This document shows, piece by piece, positions 1 through 11,853 of a stretch of DNA of 64,000 nucleotides. Every line of letters starts with the position of its first letter. Position 1 is the first letter of the stretch. The translations under genes were made by a program, and so were the position numbers. This DNA comes from Neodothiora populina (taxonomy: Eukaryota), in contig NW_027191405.1 in the NCBI RefSeq assembly GCF_041146345.1, positions 496,001-560,000 of the forward strand, written 5' to 3'. The notes beneath the pieces are model-generated. The model saw nothing but the letters and a program-made list of their open reading frames with translations. It made no database searches and was not told the origin of the DNA.

Positions 1-186
1 ACCATCATACAGTATGAATCTCTTGCTGTGCTATAAACCCGCAGCCACAAAAAACAGACCACCCCTGACACAAATGCTTTCCCTACACACACCTTGACCC
101 CCAAAGAAATGCTCATAAATCCCAATATCGCGATCCGGCAAAAGAAGAAAACGAAGCCCAAGAGATGACCAAAAACAAAATATTGA

Positions 187-278
187 TTCCGATGCGGGGA
201 ATTGAACCCCGGCCTTGCCGGATCTTCTTGCGGTGTAGCAATGAGAGCGGCAAATCCTAGCCACTAGACCACATCGGA
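187..278 (-). tRNA. tRNA-Glu(CTC), intron-containing (intron 222..241, 20 nt)
   Basis: Reverse complement folds as a cloverleaf: acceptor TCCGATG/CATCGGA, anticodon stem TGCCG/CGGCA with CT-CTC-A, T-loop GGTTCAATTCC, intron at the canonical 37/38 position, T-rich Pol III terminator downstream. Confidence 0.95.
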
Positions 279-694
279 TTGCTGTGATTGTTCAAGCATC
301 ACTGTAATATGTAGCAACATCGTGAAGCCAAATGACTAAAGGATAGATGGTGAGGTATCAAGACTGGTCCTACGATGTCTCCCTGATGGTAGTTGAGGCA
401 TGAATTGTAGAACATGAGAGTGTAAGATACACTACTGTTCAAATCACGAGATGCATCAAGATATGGATCTTACTTCAAGGAGACAAATCAGTAACTCGAG
501 GGGGAGGATGGTGGATTAATCCATCTATAGACCATTACGATAATGCCCCTGCATCCACATCTTCCAAGTTCATCCACATTTTTGTTTGCTCATCTTCTAT
601 CGTCTATACAGTGCGCACCATCACTTCGTAATCTCTTTTCATAATCATTCATGGCGTGTGTGTAACATGGCACTCTGGCTCACGCAGCGTCTGG

Positions 695-1774
695 CTAGGC
701 TGCTGCGCGAACGATTCGCAGTCTGCTGTTGGGCCACCTCCGCGCACCAGGCACCGCTGCTGATGTGCCCCGGAGAGGCGGGACATTCTGGGGAGTCATG
801 GTAGGGAGAGCGGATATCCTGCTAGCAGTGGTCGCACTCTGAACATCAGGAGCGGTGTCAGAAGAGTCTCCGATAGCTGTTTCCACGTCCCAAGCCTCTG
901 ATGGCGCGGTGAGAGCATGTGGCTCATGCCTTGGCCACGCCGCTGGGTAGTTCAGAGTCCAAGTAGGCACGGTCATACCTTCCGTCACCACAAGGCGTAG
1001 GAAAGAGGGTAGACGGTATGTCAGTCCTTCTTCATCTTCTTGCTCTTCCATGGGCTCCACGGGAGGTGTGTGATAAGGTGGATATGGTTGTCCCATGGGG
1101 TGCCGTGGGTCGATTTTGCTCCAGTAGACGGTGATGGATCCATTGAAGCACCCTGCTATCTCCTGTAGATTACCAGCGAAATACTGGAACTTCTCCCATT
1201 GCCCGCTAGTGATCTCGGCACCCGTCAAAACCCCTTGAGCGGTGTATGAGTGGTATACGATGCGCAGGACGACCTTGGATCTGAAACGAGCCACCGAAAA
1301 TCGAGGCGTCGGAGCGCCGAGCTCTGCCTTTCGTGGAATGTGGCCTGAGATCAGGGCCACTTTCTCGATCATTGCATCGTAAAAATGGCGAAACAGGCTG
1401 AACCGCTCGACTTGGATGCGCTGGCGTTTGCCTGTCCTTGCGAAGCCGGCTGGATAGAAGACGTCCACGCTGTCGTCCTCTCGACTGCAAAGGACATGGC
1501 AGAATGGCCTTATGCCAGCTCGTAACTGTCTATGATCGAGGCATCTGCATACTGACAAAGGGAAAGGCTCCGCCATGGAGGGATATGGTGCCTTGTCCCT
1601 GCGACGCTCAGAAGATGCAGCAAGATAGCTCTCATAGTCGAAGCTCTTGATGATGGTGCCATCCGGTAATACTACTTCGTCTGACTTCAACTCACGATCC
1701 GGACTAGCGCCAATCTCTGTATGCTTTGCCCTGTGCTTCTCACAGCAGCGTGGGCCTCGATTTGTCCCACTCAT
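695..1774 (-). CDS. Hypothetical protein, 359 aa
   Basis: Uninterrupted 1080-nt ATG-initiated ORF. No family motif recognised. Confidence 0.45.
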   Translation of the reverse strand: MSGTNRGPRCCEKHRAKHTEIGASPDRELKSDEVVLPDGTIIKSFDYESYLAASSERRRDKAPYPSMAEPFPLSVCRCLDHRQLRAGIRPFCHVLCSREDDSVDVFYPAGFARTGKRQRIQVERFSLFRHFYDAMIEKVALISGHIPRKAELGAPTPRFSVARFRSKVVLRIVYHSYTAQGVLTGAEITSGQWEKFQYFAGNLQEIAGCFNGSITVYWSKIDPRHPMGQPYPPYHTPPVEPMEEQEDEEGLTYRLPSFLRLVVTEGMTVPTWTLNYPAAWPRHEPHALTAPSEAWDVETAIGDSSDTAPDVQSATTASRISALPTMTPQNVPPLRGTSAAVPGARRWPNSRLRIVRAAA

Positions 1775-3614
1775 GTTGGACCGAGTATCATGATGATATG
1801 TGTCATGTCTCGAACAGTGCCGAGCGATGTTTATACGGTTTCCCAGAAAAGCTCATTGTACACGGAGAAGGATGTTCACTTCACCGTCCAGGAGAGACGG
1901 TCATCAGCAGCCACTCATACGAAGTGCAATTCATGGAAAGAATGCTTATTGCACGTCCAGACTCCTGCTACGAACTTTGAGACAATAGTTGTTCGTCCGG
2001 CTGCTGATCCCGTGCTGACTTCGTGCTGCCGTAGGCGACTCGGAGGAGGCTCAAAAAAGTCTTAGTTGTGGGTTGCTCATAGTCATTGTCGCAATGGCCA
2101 TTTTGAGCAGGGTCAGCTGGATTAGAAGGCTTGTATTCGTCTTGGCTCGTCTGCTAGACCATTAACCAGACCGGCTCTGATGACCATCATGAGCTCTGAG
2201 GCTATGTTCATATTGCTAGGTGTCGAGATTAGGCGAAGTTGTTGCGGCAAATGGTCTTCGCCTTTGTGATAGGCTTCGAGCTAGACGTGGAATTGTTGAA
2301 GGCGGCGAAGGTGGCGAATGTCAGGCTTGAGAGATCAACATGACTTTCATCGACCTCTTGCCGTCCGAGCCAGGCAGCTCGTGCAGTCAGAGGCAAGTTG
2401 TCCCGAGTCTCGATAGACGACATGGTAGAGCTTGACGGCTTCCAGACACTTGGTCTCACAGAGCAATTGATGCAGTCCTACCTCTCTTGCTGGCTAGGAT
2501 GTCGAACTTGTCCACAGCCATTAGCATTATTGTTCGGTGAACGAAATGTCGATATGTTGATAGGCTAAAAAATTGCAGATGGCGAGCATCACAGGACAGG
2601 AGCACTGTACATTGCAGGGGCAGGCAATGAGAGTATATAAGACAATCGCAGGGAAAGGCCAGTTGGTCTGGACTCATGAGTCGAGTCCGAAACCTTCATA
2701 GGATACGTGTTACAGCTGCAGTTGAGTCTGCTAGGTAACGTCTTCGGGTGCAACGCCCCAGATAGGTTGGGTCCAACGCGTGTGGTCAGCTCAATTCAGG
2801 AGGACGGTGAAGGGGACACCAATTTGAGCTCATACAGCCTAAAATTCAAAGATATTGCTCGGGTAAGCATTTGTTGAATGATGCTTTTACCTGAGCAAAT
2901 GCACTGAGTGTCACCAAAGACAGCTGCAGTTACAAATAATAGCCACATGAACTAGACTCGCTTCCGTTTGATCGGAATTGCACTGTAGAGCAGTATTGGC
3001 GATTGAAATAGTATGAGTAACATGAGCAGAAAGGTGGTAAAGCAGTCGGTTTTAGGCGCAGAAGCACGAAAATTGCGGTTACATGTTCGGTGAATAATTA
3101 CTTTCTTTGGCAGGAGCTCTATTCGGACAGGATAGAGTTCCTGCCAATTTGCAACACGACACCGACACCGCCGGATTATATCAACGTCTACTCATCCAAA
3201 GTCTGACTTCGCTAAAACATCTCGGTCTTTGCTTGCACTTGTGGGCCGTATTGCTCTCATCGAGACTATCACATCGTGTGTAGTTCTGATCACTTATTAC
3301 AATCCAAAAAGACAAATCGGTCGGCGAATGCCAAGATGTCGAGATCGGAGCGGAGATGTTGGGAGTCCGAAAGCGCAACTACTTTTTCCTGGAGCGATAA
3401 CAATCCAAAAGATCCGCTATTCGCCTCGAGTCTTTGATCTTCTTGTCCTGCATCTTTTTCAGTTCAAGCACAAGAGCTCCAGACCCTAGTCTTTCCCTTC
3501 ATCCACTGTGTTTATAAAAGTTTTTGGGTTCTTGTCTAGTTTTATACCCTGTCTCGTATTCTCTATAGCAGGCGTCCCGGAGCTCTCAAGCAAAGAAAAA
3601 GATAAGTCGCGAAA

Positions 3615-4735
3615 ATGGTCGCCATTGCACCCTCTTCCGCGTCCAAGGACTACAAGAGAGAGTCGACGGCAGCAAGAGTCCTCGGTGCCGGTAAGCTTAT
3701 GCTGTCCGTCACTCAAAACTGACCGCGACAAAAGTTTAATCATGTGTAACAGGTTCCGCCGGTATTGCTGAGCTCGCCGTCTTCCACCCCGTTGACACCA
3801 TCGCTAAGCGATTGATGAGCAACCAGGGAAAGGTGCGTCTTATTCTCTTGCATTATCATCACTGTCGAGTTGAGCGCCACGCTGACAATTTCTCTTTCAC
3901 GTGCAGATCACATCCGCGTCGGAGCTCAACCAAGTCATCTTCAGAAAGACCGCCGACGCCTCGGTCGGCACTCGCTTCTTCTCCCTCTTCCCTGGTCTCG
4001 GCTACGCAGCGGCATACAAGGTCCTCCAGCGAGTGTACAAGTACGGTGGTCAGCCTTTCGTTCGCGAATACCTCGCCAAGAACCACGGTGATGCTTTCGA
4101 CCGCTCTTTCGGCAAGGGCAATGGCAAGACCATCATGCACGCCACTGCTGGTTCCATCATCGGTATCGGAGAGATCGTCCTCCTTCCTCTCGACGTCCTG
4201 AAGATCAAGAGACAAACAAACCCCGAGGCCTTCCGTGGCCGTGGTCTTTTCAAAATCATCGCAGACGAGGGTTTCGGTCTCTACAGAGGCTGGGGCTGGA
4301 CCGCTGCCCGTAACGCTCCTGGTTCTTTCGCAGTATGTCCTTCTCCTAATATCTACTCGTTGCAATGTGCGATGGATGCTGACTTTCTGTTTTTCCTAGC
4401 TCTTCGGAGGATCTGCCGCAGCCAAGGAGTACCTTTACAAACTCACCGACTACAGCACCGCTTCCTGGTCCCAGAACTTTGTCGCCTCCATCGCTGGTGC
4501 CTCTGCCTCTCTCGTTGTCTCTGCTCCTCTTGACGTGGTCAAGACCCGTATCCAAAACCGCAACTTCGAGGCTAAGGAGTCTGGTTTCCGAATCGTCTCA
4601 AAGATGGCCAAGAACGAGGGCCTCACCTCTTTCTTCAAGGGTCTCACTCCCAAGCTCCTCATGACTGGCCCCAAGCTTGTCTTCTCGTTCTGGCTCGCTC
4701 AGACTCTTATCCCAGCCTTCAACAAGGTCTTGTAG
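3615..4735 (+). CDS. GGC1: Mitochondrial GTP/GDP carrier (SLC25), 4 exons
   Basis: The spliced product has three carrier signatures (HPVDTIAKR, LPLDVLKIK, APLDVVKTR) and Ggc1/Yhm1-type strings (FPGLGYAAAYKVLQRVYKYGGQPF; YRGWGWTAARNAPGSFA). GT-AG introns at ~3691-3751, ~3833-3907 and ~4334-4399. Confidence 0.95.
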
Positions 4736-5715
4736 GATCGTCGCTCAACAATTGCGATGTAACGGACGGACAGCATGACCGGGGATTTTATGTCGGCTTT
4801 ATGACTTACTCCAGACATTCGAAGCTTTGCTTCACGAATTGGCAACAAAAGGCCGTGTAATTTTATTTAGAGCGGGTTTGGCGCATTGGGTGATGGAAAC
4901 AAAAATATGATACCTCTTCTCAGCTTTCCAATCGGGCAAGCAGTGAAATTTTGTGCACATCTTGTGAGTCCATTTCTCGAAATTAATATGTGGAGCGCAT
5001 TCGATTCGCTTTATGTTTCGCTTTAATCTATGGCATGCCTTCCGATTGGTAAGAGAATTTCAAGCAGCCTTGGTTGCCCAAGCGTCCATCTTACAAGTAC
5101 ATTGCCGCGCGCTTTTGACCAGCCACATGCCGCTTGCTGCAACACGTCGGAAACAACAAAGGATTAAGTAAAAGTCATGTCTCGTGTTTATCTTGTGTAC
5201 CAGCCTTCTGCATCTGCTCCCATTAACACCAAATCTATCTGTGGTATGGGTCACCGCAGCTTTGCACACATTATACCAAAAATCCTTCTAGAGCCTTCTT
5301 ATCTCACTTTGTCGCTGACTCTTTCACACACCGAACATGTGCAAGCACTGAAAGTGTTCTGTAAAAGCTCTCCGATTGTGTGATCTCTTGAAGTGCCCTC
5401 ACTGGACTTTCTTGTGCCCTTCCATCATACCCATAATTCGACTAGATCTTCTCCACTTTATTGCATATACAGTATAAGAAGATTCCCACTCTTCTGCAGA
5501 TCTTACAAAGATTAACAGCAAATCCATGGACGTGCGGGACTGGCGGAAAGGGCGAGTCATTTACCACAGCTACCTTCCATAGAAGCCTGCCACTAACACA
5601 CCACAGTGCTGTCAGACGTCTTGCCAGTATATACGAAGACATCACGAGTGCCACTGCTCGGAATTCATCTCTTCTTAGTGATGTTTCGAAGGCTCTGAAA
5701 GATGGGGCTGCTGCG

Positions 5716-7194
5716 ATGGGACCCAGCAGACTATCATCAGCCGACAGCCTCCCAACTCATGATCAGTCAGGAGACACGCCATCTACTGACACTGATACTA
5801 AGCATGAGAGGACTGTCCAAGATGGTGTTCCTTCATCACCATTCACTCAGGACACCATCTCTCCGCAACTCAGTACCACGACCTCTACTCTCTTAGCAAA
5901 TCACCCTGATTCTAGTCAGGGCTTACATAAGGCATCATCAAGTAAATTATCTATGAAGGGCAAAATGCCTGTGCTTCCAACGCAGGCATTCCAGCATTCA
6001 CATAGCCCTCTATCCTCTATGATGCCGCCCACACCTCCGGATTCCCCAGTGGCGGAGGGTGGGGCTCAGCACGTTTTCACATCTCTGCCATCGCTTCCAC
6101 CTTCGCCTCTTCAGCTTTCTCCACCCATGTATCAGACATCTTTCCTACATCTGGAGACAAGCAAGTTGACATACTCATCGCTCGTCCAACCTTCATCTGT
6201 TTCTTCTGCTTCCACTTCTCCGGCGTTTGATCAATTCCGGCCACAGATCTCGCCGACAAAACGAAGTCCAGATGTGGCCATTTCTTTAACAGAAGCAACT
6301 GCACAACCGATGATCTTATCGACGTTACCAAAGATCAGACTTCGTGATACTGACGATGGTGATGCCAAGTCCAGGGAGGTTTCACTCTCGTCTATTGCTT
6401 CCCTGAGTCAACCTCTTCCTGTGCATTCGAGGTCTGCAGAACTAATTCTCGCTTCGCCGCCGCCTCTCTCTCACCCCGAGAAAGATCTTGGTGCTGCCGG
6501 AGAATCTGTCTCTGATGTTGACAATGACGACGAGGACCAGGAGTTAGACGCCTATCTCGCCCCCATGCGTGCCGAAGCTTTGAAGTCACTGGAAGAAGAT
6601 ACTGCAACCCTGGTCGATGCATTGAGGTCTTTCGTGAACTCACTTGGCGCTGTTGCCAGCCTCCTTAAAGGTGGCGAAAAAGGAAGCAGCAGTCCTGACA
6701 GTGCGCGCCCTGCATCTGGAAACGACCCCGGAAGAAATGGTCATCTCAATCAATCTCGATCCTACTATGAGGGAAAGCATAGTCCTACCACGTCTCAGGC
6801 CCGGGAGTTGAAATTGTTATGCGCGACTGCGCGAGAGGATATGGAACGCGTCAAAGATGTCATCTATGGCATCAAGGCTCCAAGAACTGAGATGGCAAGC
6901 CTGTGTGCGGACGGTAGTAAGAAACTGCTGGTAGCTGAAGGTCACACGAGCGAACGCTGGCAGACATTGTCACGTAAAGCGAAGATTCGACTGCTGTATT
7001 CGACCATCAAGCAGCGTGATCATCAGCACGGAAGGCAGCGCGGGCGCCTGTCGAGAACGACTATGGAAGCAGCAGAGGAATGTCTCATTGCCGTCCTTGC
7101 CGAAAAGGCAAACGAAGAATTTCTCATCAAGATCACGGAATGGGAAGTTGGTGTGAGCAGTCTGGAACATGAGTTTGGAAGTTTGTTGACCTGA
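5716..7194 (+). CDS. Hypothetical protein: Ser/Pro-rich N-half, helical C-terminal region (start uncertain; frame open from 5461)
   Basis: 1.7-kb open frame, first in-frame ATG at 5716. No domain recognised. Confidence 0.6.
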   Translation: MGPSRLSSADSLPTHDQSGDTPSTDTDTKHERTVQDGVPSSPFTQDTISPQLSTTTSTLLANHPDSSQGLHKASSSKLSMKGKMPVLPTQAFQHSHSPLSSMMPPTPPDSPVAEGGAQHVFTSLPSLPPSPLQLSPPMYQTSFLHLETSKLTYSSLVQPSSVSSASTSPAFDQFRPQISPTKRSPDVAISLTEATAQPMILSTLPKIRLRDTDDGDAKSREVSLSSIASLSQPLPVHSRSAELILASPPPLSHPEKDLGAAGESVSDVDNDDEDQELDAYLAPMRAEALKSLEEDTATLVDALRSFVNSLGAVASLLKGGEKGSSSPDSARPASGNDPGRNGHLNQSRSYYEGKHSPTTSQARELKLLCATAREDMERVKDVIYGIKAPRTEMASLCADGSKKLLVAEGHTSERWQTLSRKAKIRLLYSTIKQRDHQHGRQRGRLSRTTMEAAEECLIAVLAEKANEEFLIKITEWEVGVSSLEHEFGSLLT

Positions 7195-7649
7195 GAGAAA
7201 CCGCGATACGTTGTCACTCTCGGGCATTAATTGGGTAGGCATCGATGGCGTAGTACCACAGATTGCGCCAGATCCATTATGAAGGGCTTCTAGGAGTCCT
7301 GATGGAAGTTGTGAGAATTCGCGAGATCATAGCGTGGAGTTTTTTGGATTCTGCTACTGTTCGAGATACCCTTGGTAGTTCTGCACGGTGTCATTTGTTT
7401 ATATCTTCCATGGTATCAGGAGTCGACATGGACCTGTACATAATTTTATGACTTTGTTGCTTCTGCCTAAGCCAATCACGCATCCCAAATCACTAATTGC
7501 TATATAGCAAAGTACATACACCATCAGCAGACAAATAGTGTGATGCTCAAAGAACGACAAGCGTGTGCGGGGAAACGCCGGAAGAATCTCCGACGACAAA
7601 GGGTTCGTGACCTCCATTTATCACCATACATTTATACTAGATCCAAACA

Positions 7650-9074
7650 ATGTCACGAAGAAGAGATGTGCGCACCGCGAAGCTAGAGGAATCGATATGG
7701 CGAGATCTGCCGGAGCTAGAATTCCGACAACATCTAGTGGAGCTCGAGGGAAAGACCAATGCCGTCCCCATAGATCCTCAGATCTTCGACATTACACATC
7801 ACCATGGAAGGAATGAGCAACCCGATACGACGACATATACTTTACCAATTGAGGTCGAGCAGCGACTAGCGGATGACCTGGCATTCCTAGCTGCAGTAGA
7901 AGAAGGCGCGCAAAGTGTCGCCGCAGTGTGTATCGAAGAACAAGTCTCGCCCCAGAGCTTTATTTTCCGATCCGCGGCCCTCGATACCGCATTGAACGAT
8001 ACAGTCAAGTATGCATTAGAAGACATTCTGTGTGCCCTCTCTGCACTAGTCGAAGATCCGAGCAAAAACAAAGACGAATACATCGATTTGCTATTCCGCA
8101 AAATCATCACCTTGCACCACCATCGTCTGCTCGCGCGTCTGCGCTCCTCGAAATGGGAGAAACCGAAACATCTAGCCAGAAGCCACAAGAAGCCGCTATG
8201 GGGCGACTTCGCAAATTTGATCCACCGCGCTCAGTTTCTGTATACGAAAAAGGAGAAAGCGGCGCGCCTGCGCGCTGAGCAACGACTTCAGAGCTTGGCG
8301 CAAGTGTATGCTGATTTTGAGGACGAAACGTCCGACCAACAGCAAGCACTGATGCGTCTCGTGCGTGCTAGTCTGGAGTTCTGCCAGACGGAGGAAATCA
8401 GGGACTACACGCGACGGCTGGAGATCAACAGCAATAATAGCACTGAAGCCTCGAAGCCGCCGACGAAACAAATCAGCTCGGCGATGAAATGTCTGCGCCA
8501 GATCGAGAAAATCGCAGCTTATCTGCGGATAAGTATTTCGTTGGTTCAGACAGCGAGTACCTATCCACAAGTCTTTGCGTCTCCGTTGTTGGCGTACATT
8601 ACGCCCTACGACTCCGTGCCCACGACGATAGGCTACGAAGAATGGGCCAAGACATGCCATGTGCACGCCGAAGTCCAATTAGCAGTCTATTATGACCTCG
8701 AGACTCAATCACAACACTCCACGACCGAACCTGCCACTCTCTTGCACCCGAGAACAATAGGAGCATCCAAATACCTCTGCTACCTGTGCTTCCGATTCCT
8801 ATCCGCCCACGCGCACTTTGCGCCTTCGAAAACTCACGGCCGTCTTTACGATCAATGGACAGTTCCCGATCTCGCAGAGTATACTCCGGACACTCGAAGG
8901 CGGTATAGAGAGATCGTCGAGGCGATGGATAGAGAGGTTGTAGGCGCCGCAGCGGCGATTTGTAGTGGACATCAGCAGCTTTGGAGAGTGGAGCCGATGA
9001 CCAGTAGGCAGGATCTGAGGCTTTATGGGGCTGGCGATGGAGAGGTGGATGGGATTAAGGAGGAGGTGAATTGA
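7650..9074 (+). CDS. OTT_1508-like nucleic acid/nucleotide deaminase, 474 aa, intronless
   Basis: Zn-deaminase motifs CHVHAEVQL and IGASKYLCYLC (HxE...SK..CxxC), followed by THGRLYDQW. N-terminal LADDLAFLAA...VAAVCIEE segment as in fungal members of this clade. Confidence 0.85.
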   Translation: MSRRRDVRTAKLEESIWRDLPELEFRQHLVELEGKTNAVPIDPQIFDITHHHGRNEQPDTTTYTLPIEVEQRLADDLAFLAAVEEGAQSVAAVCIEEQVSPQSFIFRSAALDTALNDTVKYALEDILCALSALVEDPSKNKDEYIDLLFRKIITLHHHRLLARLRSSKWEKPKHLARSHKKPLWGDFANLIHRAQFLYTKKEKAARLRAEQRLQSLAQVYADFEDETSDQQQALMRLVRASLEFCQTEEIRDYTRRLEINSNNSTEASKPPTKQISSAMKCLRQIEKIAAYLRISISLVQTASTYPQVFASPLLAYITPYDSVPTTIGYEEWAKTCHVHAEVQLAVYYDLETQSQHSTTEPATLLHPRTIGASKYLCYLCFRFLSAHAHFAPSKTHGRLYDQWTVPDLAEYTPDTRRRYREIVEAMDREVVGAAAAICSGHQQLWRVEPMTSRQDLRLYGAGDGEVDGIKEEVN

Positions 9075-9305
9075 GATTTTGACTATCGGTGGATCGTGTT
9101 CGGGTGAGTCTGTTTTCGAAAATGTTGTCACTTGAATTTCATATCATAACTGACATTGCAATTGAATTTGAATTATACATAATTTGAATCAATAATCATA
9201 ATCTTTTCTCATGTCATATTGACACATATATACCCAATCAGATTTTGATACAAATCATGTCCCTTTCGCTCATCCTGCCAATTGTTGATCAAGAACAACA
9301 CAACT

Positions 9306-11155
9306 CTACTTAATGTTAAGGTGAACAGGCTTGAAAAATCTCTTACTCCTCTTCTTTCCACCAGCCTTCGAGCCCTCCAGACTCCTCTTCTTCTTACTCC
9401 CGGTTTCAGTGTCATTACCCACGGACTCGGGCTCATTAGTAGTAGTGTTATAGACCGCCGTGCCCTCGTCAATAACCTCATACTGAATCGTAGCATTACC
9501 CTCTCTGTAAGTACTCACTGCAGGGCCCGAGGTCGCGTACCCGCCCCTGACAGTGCGCATGCCGGTGGCGATGTCCTTGCCGCTGATGGCGCGGTCGAAC
9601 ATCTCTAGAGACACGACGGGCTGGTAGTAGGGCACTTCGTGGCCGGACTCGTAAATGCGCAAGAAGGAGAATTTGCCGGCTTGCTTCACTTGGCCGTGCA
9701 CGATGCCGTCCGAGGTGCTAATGTTCGTGTAGCCTGCGCTCGAAAAGCCCGGGGCGGCGATGGTTTCTGCTACTGCTTGCCCGCCGAGCCAGTTGCCTTT
9801 TTGTTTCTTTTGTCAGTTGATGTTTTTTTCGGGGGAGAAAGGGAAAATAACTTACAGTTGTAGTCGGCGTCGCCGGTGTACATGACTACGGTGATCCCCT
9901 TCTCTACAAGATATCTCATAGCCTCGATAGTCCCGCTCTCACGGTCGTCGTCTCCAGTGCTTCCAAATGCGCTGCCTACAGCCGAGTTCGACTCCGAAAA
10001 GTTGACGTAAGCGCCAATGGCAGCCTGAACGCTAGGCTGGTTGAGATAGTCGACATAGTAAGTCTCGGGGAACGAATCAGGCTGCAGTTCTCTGATATCG
10101 TACTCGTCTCTGTTGGCAAAAGAGTCGAGCACATTCTCCACCTCGCTGTAGCAGAAGTTGTCCGCTGCGCTGCAGATCTCGTTGATGCCGCGTGCGTAGC
10201 AGTCCTTGGTCTGGTCGGCGCAGTTGCCTGGTCCGTACATTGCGTTGTACATCTGCGCTGACACGCTCTCGTTGAAGGGCACGTAGTCGTAGGTGTTTCC
10301 CGGGTACACGGTGTAGTTGTAGTAAGCAGCGTATTGGATCAGTGGGTCGTACCATCCGTTGCCGATCAGAACGGTCTCGAGATCGATGTGATGGGCCTTG
10401 CTCAGGTTGCCTTCTGCGATCAGATCGTTCTGGGTTTCAATGTACTTATTGAAGACAGGACCGTAGTGGCCTCCGTAACTCTCTGTTGCAAAATTGAATC
10501 CGTGACGGGAGTACTTGGGGAATGCACCCATGAAACCCTGTAGAGCTTTCCAGAAGTTCGGGGCCGCTGCTGCAGTGCTGTTGGCTGTCAGGGTCTGGTT
10601 TCCATACGAGTATGTTCCACAGTTGCCGTCTGCATAGTCGGGGCAAGTGGCATTGGGCAGCTGAACAATGGTTCCGGAACTCGGGTCTGTCCAGCCGGGG
10701 ATAGCATCAGAGTATGACAGGCCGACTTGGACAGGCTGATCGATGAACAATACATTGCTGATATTGTTGAACGCATAAGGGTTGTCCACGACGTTTAGGT
10801 CTGCATCAATACGGCAAGGTCCCAGTTCCTGGAACAGACCGATCATAGAAGACGAGCCTGGACCGCCGTTGATCCATACGGTCAAGGGTGCCTTGTTCGG
10901 GTCTGCATTGCGAGCCTCGAAAAACCAGAAGAAAAGATGCTCGTGCTCGCCTACGTCTGCATAGCCCGAGTAACTTGTCACGTTCGATCTGAGCTCGCAG
11001 ATACCTGTGGGCACTTCCTTGTACCGAATTGGCACATCAGCATATCCGATCTTGTGCGTCCAATTGGTGGGTGCCTGGACGAATTGAGATGCTGCCAGTT
11101 GGCCTAGCGAGCTGGCAAGTACGAGCGATGCTCGCGTAGTGGTGGACAGACGCAT
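9306..11155 (-). CDS. Secreted serine carboxypeptidase (peptidase S10, carboxypeptidase S1-like), 2 exons
   Basis: Signal peptide MRLSTTTRASLVLASSLG; WINGGPGSSS, ESYGGHYGP (catalytic Ser), GDADYNC (Asp), SGHEVPYYQP (His). Intron 9797..9855. Confidence 0.93.
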
Positions 11156-11853
11156 ATTGGCAATCAGGGCAGATAGCGGGAGGCAAGACACGAGAGAGAC
11201 AGCAAAGAAAGGAAAAAGAATTGTAAGTTGAGGCTACCTGACTACTATACTTGTACCTGACCTACGAGCTCATCATTGAGATATACGACCGATGATCCAT
11301 GCGTGAAAGCACAGAAGCGTGCATTGTAATGTCCACCCGACCTTGCGACGCCGTCATTGTGCATGGATCCTCCTCGATAGAACTTGCGATAAGAGGCAGG
11401 TAATAATCATGAACTTTATGAGCACGAGCCTCGTATCTTGTTCGCCATGGTAAAGGAACGCAAGGTTGCCGTGGTGTGTTGGTTAATTGTGTCAATCGAT
11501 GGTATGATAGAGATAGGCATGGTCGCACTAAGCCCTAAATGGGGTCGGGTATTCGGGGTGCCTTGCAGGATATACGACTTGGTCTAAGCCTAGAAAAGAA
11601 GGTCGGGTCCATGGAAGATCTGTGCTTCCCAGCAAGACAGCATTTGCGAGATGTCGGCTCGACGCGTTACTTTGACACTACGAGCATCTGGATCTCTGCG
11701 TCGAATTATGCGAAGGGTGTAGATGTTTACTTACACTATGACTGAAGCTGCTCCAATAAAGCCGTCTTTGGACAACGCCTACTGTGGTTCACCGCAAAAA
11801 GAGATATTGGAATCACAGAATGTCTACTGTATTATTCCAACTACTTACTTCTA

